Source: Strigamia acuminata (lineage: Eukaryota). From it: 64,000 bases of DNA. Under the pieces are notes generated by a model, which was given only the letters and a program-made list of their open reading frames with translations, made no database searches and was not told where the DNA came from. Below, piece after piece: positions 11,680 to 22,200 of the stretch. The DNA lies in the NCBI GenBank assembly GCA_949358305.1, contig OX442314.1:3348001-3412000 (forward strand), written 5' to 3'. A program made the translations under genes and the position numbers. How positions within the stretch are numbered: position 1 is the stretch's first letter; each line of letters opens with the position of its first letter.

Positions 11680-14397
11680 TTAATTAATTAATTTGTACGT
11701 CTTCGCACCTGTTTTTAATAGATAATTTTTAGCGTTGAGGACGTCGATCATGTTTGTAAAATCAACCGTGCTCATATCGAGTCCCTTCAAGAAAAAATTA
11801 ATCAAACAATTAATTAAATGAATTTCCCGCTGTTACCTGCGTCGCTGCTCGCATTTCCTGTTCGGTCAAGGTGCTTTTCTCCATGCGTTTCATGTATCCA
11901 TCGAGTGCCGCGACAAACACTTTGTATTTGGACGTCGACCGCCGTCCTGACGTCCCTGACGACGTGGTTGCGCAGTCGTCCAAGAGCGCGCCAGTACCTG
12001 TTGTTAATGTTGATAAGAAATAAATAAATAAATAAATAAATAAATTTTGTTAATCATATACCGTCGTGGCCGAGCATGCTGCACTTGACAATCTCTATGG
12101 CGTCTTGCGCGTCGTCTTCCGTCACGTCTTCGCGCAGCTCCACTTTCGCCCGAGCCTTCGATCGAATGGTTTCACGTTAGTTTCTCATTAATTTCTCATT
12201 GCGTTATCGTATACTTGGGCCAGTCGCACGAGAGATTCCATTTGTCGCGTCGTGACCGGAATGGAGTGGTCCTCGCGCGCCTGGGCTCGCATTTTCAAGT
12301 AGTGCTCCTGTATGATTTTCGCCGCTCCCGACGTCAGTTTGCATCGGACGTACGTCTTGGCGTACGCCACGTATTTGCGCAACAACTGGTGCGGAATCCT
12401 GTCCACGTTTTCGCCGCTACGAAATTGCAACCTGTTCCTAATGACATGAAAATTTTCATTAATTTAATTTCCACAAAATGCTTTAAGTCACTTAAAGCAT
12501 TTTGTGGAAATTAAATTTTGGAATTTCAGTCAAACAGTTTGGATGCCATTATGAGTGGAAAAACTGCTTTTTTTATTTTTTACTTAAGAGAGCCCGGATG
12601 AATAATTATGTTAGAATTCGGGCCTGAAATTTGAGTTTTCTTGATATTCTGAAGATTATTACTAAGATGTGAGTAAATTTATAAAAATTTAAGCCAATTT
12701 CCTACATTTTGGACATCTAAAAAGGATTTTTATGCTTGTTTTGGCTGAATTCTCATTAAAAAAAAATTGTATTCGCTTACACGTCATGACAGTAAAAACA
12801 GGGTTTATCGACATGGTAATACGGTGGAGTCACAGACTGATTTTGTTTTTTATTTTTATTTAGGATGCCTACAATGAATTTGCAATGGCATGCGATTTGC
12901 AGTTTCCATTTTCCTGTTTGGGGCCGTCCACAAATTACGTAATGCCTGAGAGGAGGAGGGGGGGTAGGGGTTTTCAAATTTTGTTACGGGTTGTACGACG
13001 GGGGAGGGAGGTTCGCAATGATGTTACGGAACTTATTGAAAATTTCCACATTTCCAATTTCAACGGATTTTATTTCCACAGGATTTATATCCACGAGATT
13101 TTATTTCCACGGGATTTATTTCCACAGGATTTATATCAATTTTTGCCTTTTTTTAAAGACACGTGTCGTATACATACGCTTGCATTCTAAAACTGAGGAC
13201 TTTGCCAAAAACAGCCACCAGGAAAAGTCACTAAATTAGTGTCTGGATAAATTTTTAAGAAATAAACAAATTAAAAAATTAAAAATAGAAAAAAATGAAT
13301 TGTAATTACTAATTATAATTCATTTACATCAAGAGCACTTTGAAATGGCATTAAGTTGTTATTGAGCACCTGATTGCACTCAAATAAATTTTTTTTTTGC
13401 ATATCTTTATTTTTATTTTGCATAAAATGGAATTATTGGTGCATTTTTTATGCGCATAAAACGAATTCTATTTTGCATAAATATTCGGGGTCTACTAATT
13501 ACCACATTTCTTTTCCTAATTTCTTTCGATCACTCACCTCAACGTGCATGACGGTTCCCCGTCCTCCTCTTCATCCTCCTCGTTCTCACGTCGAATCTTC
13601 TTACGACCACTTCTGTGAATCGCCATTACATGGTCGGCCAGTGTGCGATCTCCTGCCTCGTCCGCCCTGTCGCGCAGGATGAAAACGAGGTCAAACCGCG
13701 AGAGAATCGCGCCGCCCAACCGCAAGTTGTCGGCGACACTTTTCGCCGTGTCGTAGTGGCCGCCGACCGGATTGGCGGCGGCCAAAATAGACGCGCGGGC
13801 CGCCAGCGAGCACACGATTCCCGCCTTGGCAATACTGATGCTCTGTTGCTCCATGGCTTCGAGCAGAGCGTCGCGTTGCGCGCCCGGCATCTTGTCGAAC
13901 TCGTCGATGCAACACGCGCCGCCGTCAGCCAACGCCAATGCCCCCGCCTCGAGCGAGTAATCCGAGCCACTCGGCCCTCTGCACACGGTGGCCGTTAGTC
14001 CGGCAGCGGTGGTAGCGTTTCCGCACACACTGACTCCGCGCGGCGCCACGTCGGCGCACGCGGCCAACAACTGGCTCTTGCCCAGCCCGGGGTCGCCGAC
14101 CACGAGCACGTGGAGGTCGCCGCGGATCGGGATGCGGTCCTTGTCTTCTTCGTGTTTGGACGTGCCGCCGAAGAGGGCGAGCACAAGTCCTGCCTTGACC
14201 ATGTCGTGGCCGTAAATGGCCGGACACAGCGATGCGACAATCAGTCGGAAGAGATTCTTCTCTGCCTGGATGCGTTTGATGGCGTAGAGGTCGCGGACGG
14301 ACAGTCCGACCGCCGCCGCGCGATCTCGTTGGCCCACGACCGACACGGCGTCCACGAACAGAGTGTAGGTGCCACTCGAAAGCCCTTTTCCTGTAAT

Positions 14398-14441
<44 letters not shown>

Positions 14442-17400
14442 ATTATTGTTGTTTTACCGTCGGCTTCGCTCCGCTTTTTCACGATTCCATTGACGATGAC
14501 CACGTCACCGGGAACGCAGCTGTCGATTAGATCGCGCGTGAGTTCGCATTCTACGGTCCTTGGGATCCTCCCGGTTTCCTTTTCGTCGTCTATCTCTTGA
14601 ATTCTTTGCAATTAAATTTCCAGTAAAATTTTTTGATTTTAATTTTAATTTACTTTTATTGTGTAAATGCTGTTATGTGAAAAAGTCGAATATTCGATTT
14701 TTGATCATAAATATTTGATAATTTGATAAAATTTGCCACGAAATTTGAGAAAATTTCTCATAAATATTTAAAATTTGAGAAAATTTCTCATAAATATTTA
14801 AAATTTGAGAAAATTTCTTATAAATATTTAAAATTTGAGAAAATTTCTTATAAATATTTAAAATTTGAGAAAATTTCTCATAAATATTTAAAATTTGAGA
14901 AAATTTCTCATAAATATTTAAAATTTGAGAAAATTTCTCATAAATATTTAAAATTTGAGAAAATTTCTCATAAATATTTAAAATTTGAGAAAATTTCTCA
15001 TAAATATTTAAAATGTGAGAAAATTTCTCATAAATATTTAAAATTTGAGAAAATTTCTCATAAATATTTAAAATGTGAGAAAATTTCTCATAAATATTTA
15101 AAATTTGAGAAAATTTCTCATAAATATTTAAAATTTGAGAAAATTTCTCATAAATATTTAAAATTTGAGAAAATTTCTCATAAATATTTAAAATTTGAGA
15201 AAATTTCTCATAAATATTTAAAATTTGAGAAAATTTCTCATAAATATTTAAAATTTGAGAAAATTTCTCATAAATATTTAAAATTTGAGAAAATTTCTCA
15301 TAAATATTTAAAATTTGAGAAAATTTCTCATAAATATTTAAAATTTGAGAAAATTTCTCATAAATATTTAAAATTTGAGAAAATTTCTCATAAATATTTA
15401 AAATTTGAGAAAATTTCTCATAAATATTTAAAATTTGAGAAAATTTCTCATAAATATTTAAAATTTGAGAAAATTTCTCATAAATATTTAAAATTTGAGA
15501 AAATTTCTCATAAATATTTAAAATTTGAGAAAATTTCTCATAAATATTTAAAATTTGAGAAAATTTCTCATAAATATTTAAAATTTGAGAAAATTTCTCA
15601 TAAATATTTAAAATTTGAGAAAATTTCTCATAAATATTTAAAATTTGAGAAAATTTCTCATAAATATTTAAAATTTGAGAAAATTTCTCATAAATATTTA
15701 AAATTTGAGAAAATTTCTCATAAATATTTAAAATTTGAGAAAATTTCTCATAAATATTTAAAATTTGAGAAAATTTCTCATAAATATTTAAAATTTGAGA
15801 AAATTTCTCATAAATATTTCAAATTTGAGAAAATTTCTCATAAATATTTAAAATTTGAGAAAATTTCTCATAAATATTTCAAATTTGAGAAAATTTCTCA
15901 TAAATATTTAAAATTTGAGAAAATTTCTCATAAATATTTAAAATTTGAGAAAATTTCTCATAAATATTTAAAATTTGAGAAAATTTCTCATAAATATTTA
16001 AAATTTGAGAAAATTTCTCATAAATATTTCAAATTTGAGAAAATTTCTCATAAATATTTCAAATTTGAGAAAATTTCTCATAAATATTTCAAATTTGAGA
16101 AAATTTCTCATAAATATTTAAAATTTGAGAAAATTTCTCATAAATATTTAAAATTTGAGAAAATTTCTCATAAATATTTAAAATTTGAGAAAATTTCTCA
16201 TAAATATTTAAAATTTGAGAAAATTTCTCATAAATATTTAAAATTTGAGAAAATTTCTCATAAATATTTAAAATTTGAGAAAATTTCTCATAAATATTTA
16301 AAATTTGAGAAAATTTCTCATAAATATTTAAAATTTGAGAAAATTTCTCATAAATATTTAAAATTTGAGAAAATTTCTCATAAATATTTAAAATTTGAGA
16401 AAATTTCTCATAAATATTTAAAATTTGAGAAAATTTCTCATAAATATTTAAAATTTGAGAAAATTTCTCATAAATATTTAAAATTTGAGAAAATTTCTCA
16501 TAAATATTTAAAATTTGAGAAAATTTCTCATAAATATTTAAAATTTGAGAAAATTTCTCATAAATATTTAAAATTTGAGAAAATTTCTCATAAATATTTA
16601 AAATTTGAGAAAATTTCTCATAAATATTTAAAATTTGAGAAAATTTCTCATAAATATTTAAAATTTGAGAAAATTTCTCATAAATATTTAAAATTTGAGA
16701 AAATTTCTCATAAATATTTCAAATTTGAGAAAATTTCTCATAAATATTTCAAATTTGAGAAAATTTCTCATAAATATTTCAAATTTGAGAAAATTTCTCA
16801 TAAATATTTAAAATTTGAGAAAATTTCTCATAAATATTTAAAATTTGAGAAAATTTCTCATAAATATTTAAAATTTGAGAAAATTTCTCATAAATATTTA
16901 AAATTTGAGAAAATTTCTCATAAATATTTAAAATTTGAGAAAATTTCTCATAAATATTTAAAATTTGAGAAAATTTCTCATAAATATTTAAAATTTGAGA
17001 AAATTTCTCATAAATATTTAAAATTTGAGAAAATTTCTCATAAATATTTAAAATTTGAGAAAATTTCTCATAAATATTTAAAATTTGAGAAAATTTCTCA
17101 TAAATATTTAAAATTTGAGAAAATTTTGTCATACCAGTAAATAATTAAATATTTGAAAATTTGACTAAATTTATCAAAAATGTTTATAAATTTGACTAAA
17201 TTTATCAAAAATGTTTATAAATTTGACTAAATTTATCAAAAATGTTTATAAATTTGACTAAATTTATCAAAAATGTTTATAAATTTGAATAAATTTAGCA
17301 AAAATGTTTATAAATTTGACTAAATTTATCAAAAATGTTTATAAATTTGACTAAATTTATCAAAAATGTTTATAAATTTGACTAAATTTATCAAAAATGT

Positions 17401-18739
17401 TTATAAATTTGAATAAATTTAGCAAAAATGTTTATAAATTTGACTAAATTTATCAAAAATGTTTATAAATTTGAATAAATTTATCAAAAATGTTTATAAA
17501 TTTGACTAAATTTATCAAAAATGTTTATAAATTTGACTAAATTTATCAAAAATGTTTATAAATTTGACTAAATTTATCAAAAATGTTTATAAATTTGAAT
17601 AAATTTAGCAAAAATGTTTATAAATTTGACTAAATTTATCAAAAATGTTTATAAATTTGACTAAATTTAGCAAAAATGTTTATAAATTTTACTAAATTTA
17701 TCAAAAATGTTTATAAACTTGAAGCCTCATTCGCATCACATCCCGCGCTCAAAAACAGCATTTACGGTAAAATTTACTTAATGGTCTGCAAATCAATCGT
17801 TTCGGTCAGCCGGCTACGGCATTCAGGTAAAAACGTCCGTCCGCGACACTCGTCGTTTGCACAACAAGTCGGCAAATCATAAATGCCGTCCGACAACTCT
17901 TTCACCTCAATCTGAGAACAAACGCAGCACTTGAAAGCCATCCGCGTGCACACGAGACTAATATCGCTAGTGCGCACCACCGTGCCTCTTATCGCCACCA
18001 ATTTTCCATAGCAATTAGTTTTTAAATTTTTCAGAGGCAAAAGCGGCTCAATGCCCACGAGTCGTGCGTGTACGAACGGGACTGGCGGTGCGGGCGACTC
18101 GTCGTCCACTTCGGCCCGCCATTCTCTCTCGGCCTCTTGCGTCATCAACTACGAATAAATAAAAAAAAAAATTTAAAATTAAAAATTAAACGTTTTTAAT
18201 TCTATATTTTTTTTACTTGATGCATCGCCAATCCACACGTGGACAACACTTCCACTGGTCTGGATTTGGCGTCGGCGATGAAAGTCGGCCAACCCGTCGA
18301 AAACTCGACATCTGCCAATAATTCCTTCGTGTCGAGCCCCAAAGATCCGCGGGATTCGACTCGAGCCTAAAAATTATTAAATATTATGTCTAAATGTATG
18401 AAATCGTCATTTATTAACATTTGATTTTGGGACCTTGCTCTGTTGTATATTTATTGTCCTGGTCAGATGTTTAAGCACGAGATGTATGTGTTTCGCAATG
18501 TCGTTGTCGTCATCGTAAACTAAATGAAATAAATTGAAAAATAAATCAAACGTGCAGATGCCCTTAACATTCTACTCACGTTCGTCGGGAAAATATATTT
18601 TCCACGCTTGGAATGGCGATCGTACCTCCGGATCCTCAGTTACATTTTGCTTACGAGTTTCGTGCGGTACGTTAATGTTTTTCTGCCTTTTACCTCGAAA
18701 TCCTCGGTAATTTCCTCTCCAAATATGCCGCCCAGCCAT
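11680..18739 (-). CDS. MCM8: DNA helicase MCM8, ~10 exons (approx. 18739-18580, 18519-18434, 18366-18217, 18148-17778, 14603-14458, 14390-13539, 12431-12216, 12156-12062, 11997-11836, 11786-11680)
   Basis: N-term [10 protein letters not shown]; zinc finger; [67 protein letters not shown] (Walker A); [27 protein letters not shown]-term [19 protein letters not shown]. Confidence 0.93.
12921..13140. repeat. Intronic MITE-like end followed by ~5 degenerate copies of the 15-bp GGGATTTATTTCCAC unit
   Basis: GGGGCCGTCCACAAATTACGT end motif (only one end seen); TTTCCAATTTC..GGATTT(T)ATTTCCAC junction matches the start of the large array at ~24748. Confidence 0.5.
14741..17122. repeat. 30-bp tandem minisatellite (AAATTTGAGAAAATTTCTCATAAATATTTA) x ~79 in an MCM8 intron
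   Basis: Directly visible, near-perfect copies. Confidence 0.99.
17157..17717. repeat. 31-bp tandem minisatellite (AAATTTGACTAAATTTATCAAAAATGTTTAT) x ~18, same intron
   Basis: Directly visible. Confidence 0.98.
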
Positions 18740-19235
18740 CAGTGCTGCATTCTCGAAGCGGATGGAGAATGGACAACTCTAAAACCCGAAACGTTACAGA
18801 ACTGTCGTTGCGATTATTACTTAGATTAATTTAATAAATGCGCATTTTTATTGATTTATTTCATCAATTCTGAAAATCTAAGAATCTAAAATTATAATTT
18901 CTGCAAACAATCCGCCGCCAACTATGATACTCGATGTCCCACACTGGAAACTTTAAAACATGGCACTACTCTCCGAATTATGAAAAAATCTTCTATATAA
19001 ATGAAAATGTAAATGTTCGTTCGTTCAAAATCTTAAATCTCCGAAAGTTCTTCACCGATTGCTTTGAAATTTTGACACAACTTTGCATTCGAAAGGCACA
19101 TGCCTACTATATAGATGTCACACCTGTGACAGGTAAAAACACGTTTTTTTTAAAAAAAAAATAACCGCACCATCTGTTGGACGTAAAGCAATACACGATT
19201 CCATTTCAATGTTTCTGACTTATACTTATAACGAT

Positions 19236-22200
19236 TGTAAACTATTACTAGCTGACTCCAAATAAACAAAATGGCGGACCCGCTGGTCCGCGACGCACAC
19301 ACTAGCTTGTTAAATTCAAAGTGATCTTTATTACAAATTATTACATTTAAATATGAGACTGGTCAGCCCTGATTGGCTGACCACAAGGAACAGCCCCCAA
19401 TTGGCTGTCTACCCCCAAAACGTCTATCGGACATATTCGCGTATGCCCGCCCCGCCCCCTGGCGACCGTTGTCGCCTGTCGAAACCCCAAAACTCCACAC
19501 TCGGTCATCCGACTAAATGTCGGCGCCCCCGCCGACACCTGTTAACTCGTCTTCGGCTCCCGATGCTGCGTCGTCCTCGAATGTCCACTTCTTCATCTGG
19601 TCGATTGGTGCGGTCGTTTTGTATCGAGGTGGGTTCTCAAGACTCGTAACCTCGTACACTGTGCTCGAAATTCGCCGACTTACTCGCAATGGTCCTCGGT
19701 ATAGATTACTGAGTTTCCCTGCTTTGCCTTGTATTGCGATCGCTTTCCTTCGTACGACGACCACATCTCCGACCTCGTATGTCCGGCTTGGTCCTCGATG
19801 TCTATCGAACGCCTTTTTCTGCTTGATCTGGTTTTCCGTCATTGTTTCGTATGCTTCGTTTCTTATGTCTTCGATTTCTGTCCCGTCTCCATCGTTTTCC
19901 TCGACTACTATCGCTGCTAATCTTGGCTCGATGATCGTTCTCGGCTGGAATCCATACAACACCTCCAACGGTGTTTTCTTGGTCGACTGGTTGATTCTTG
20001 AGTTGATCGCGATTTCAACCTTGTCAATCCCTTTGCTCCAATCGCTCCCGTCGTCCTTCGTCGTTTGGCTCGCCAACATTGGAACTATCGTTCGGTTCAT
20101 CCTTTCCACTTGTCCATTCGCTCTCGGATTTTCCGTCGAAGTCAGCACGTGTCGAATCTCGAGTTCCGTGCACATCTCTGCAAATAATGCGTTGGTGAAC
20201 GCAGTTCCTCGATCTGTAATAATCCGCGTCGGGATCCACATTCGTGCACACAGCTTCCGAATCTCTTTGCACGTAGTCGTTGCGTTCGTTGATTTCACCG
20301 GCATCAGAAAGACCAATTTCGAAAAATTGCATACCGCCACCAGAATGTGTCGATATCCAATGCCGCTCTTCGGAAAGGGGCCCACATGATCCAGGTGAAC
20401 AGTGTGGAATGGCACCCTTTGTCTCTCGATAATATTCAACTCGCCGGCCCGTTTTCCTCCTGGTTCCTTCCTCATCAAACACTCGACGCACGTTCCTACG
20501 GCTGCCTTTACGTAACTTCGCATCCTGGGGAACCAAAACCTCTTCCGAATCGCCTCAATCGTTGCGTCGACTCCTGGATGCGCGTGTCCAATATGTACTT
20601 CGTTCGTGATCTGTCTCCGCATCATCTTGGGCAAATACAATACATCCCTTCGCCGTCCATTTGCCGTCAATTCGAAATAAACGTGTCCCTTCTTGATTTT
20701 GTATCCCCGACTCTTGTGCTGCATTCGTTCGTCCAATGAACTTTTATCTTCTACCGACAGCGCGTCCTTCAACTCTTTACACTCGGGATCGCTTTCCTGC
20801 GCAGCCACGAGCCAGTCGCCTTCTGTAAATTTAATTTGGTTAACTTTGAACCGTCGTTCCATCTCCGTTTCCTCGCCGCTTGCTGGTTCCGCGTTCCTAC
20901 TCAGGGCGTCGACGTGGCCCATGAGTAATCCTGGTCGATGTATTGCTTTGAAATTATATTCCGAAAGCGCCAACACCCATCTCCCGATTCGTGGCGTCAA
21001 CTCCCGTTTCTTCAACCCGTACCGTACCGCCTCGCAATCTGTCACCACCGTAAACTCCGAGCCGTACAAATACATCCGAAATTTCAATACTGCCCAAACT
21101 ACCGCCATCAACTCGAGCTCCGTTGAATGATATCGCTTCTCGCATTCGGTCGTCGTTCTACTCGCGTAGATAATCGGGTGCAGATCGTTTCCTTCGCCTC
21201 GCTGCATCAACACTGCTCCGATCCCGTCTTGTGATGCGTCCGTATGCACCTCGCACGGTCGTGTGTTATCGTAGATCTTCAACACGGGCTCCGCAATCAA
21301 TTCTCCAATTAACCCCTGAAACGCCGCTTCACACTCAGTCGTCCACACAAACGTTTCGTTCTTGCGAGTTAATTTCGTCAGCGCTCTCGTTTTTGTCGCG
21401 TATCCTGCGATAAATCGTCGGAAATACCCACATAATCCCAAAAAGCTCCTTACGCCTCGTATGTCTTTTGGCCTCGCAAAATTCTTGATCGCGCTTGTTT
21501 TCTCGAATCCTGGTCGTAGGCCGTCTTTCGTCAGTCGTAGCCCGAGAAACTGTACTTCTTCGCAGAGGAAGTGGCACTTGCTCAACTTCAATGTGAGCTT
21601 CGATCTTCTCACCTCGATTAAGATCTTTCGCATCTTCTCGATTAACTCCGCGTTCGTTTTCGCACCCGATAGAAGATCGTCCATATATCTGCGCAGTACT
21701 TCGTATGGCAAATGTCCGAACGCCAACTCCATCACTCGATTGAAAACAAACGGCGCGTTTATCAACCCAAACGGCATCCGTACAAACTGGTATTTGCCGT
21801 TCATTGTCGAAAATGCTGTTTTCTCTTGCGCTCCGGCCGTCAATTCGATCTGGTAGTAACCCGACGCCAAATCGAACACTAGGAAGACTCGCCATTCGTG
21901 CGTCCCGTCGAGTAACTCATCCATCCTGGGGCACGGAAAGTGTTCCTTCACCGTTATTTCGTTGAGCGACCTGAAATCAATACAAATTCTCCATTCGCCA
22001 GTTTTCTTGCGCACCATCACGATCGGACTGTTGAATGGACTTTTTGATCGCGTCACGAATCCTGCTCCTTCCAACTCGGCGACCATTTTGTCGATTTCTT
22101 TCTGTTGCGCCGCCGAATACTGGTATCGCCGCAAATTCGTTGGTCTTGTCGTTGTAACTTCGATTTCCATCTTGAGATCTGGGAAACATCCGACCTCCTC

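Noticed and set aside
13534..14355. High-GC exons of MCM8 and SLC35B2 as horizontally transferred bacterial DNA
   Set aside because: Both are eukaryotic families with spliceosomal introns; GC-rich codons against AT-rich introns recur across host genes here.
14723..17140. 805-aa ([10 protein letters not shown])n ORF
   Set aside because: It is a translation of a 30-bp satellite that lacks a stop in one frame; it lies antisense within an MCM8 intron.
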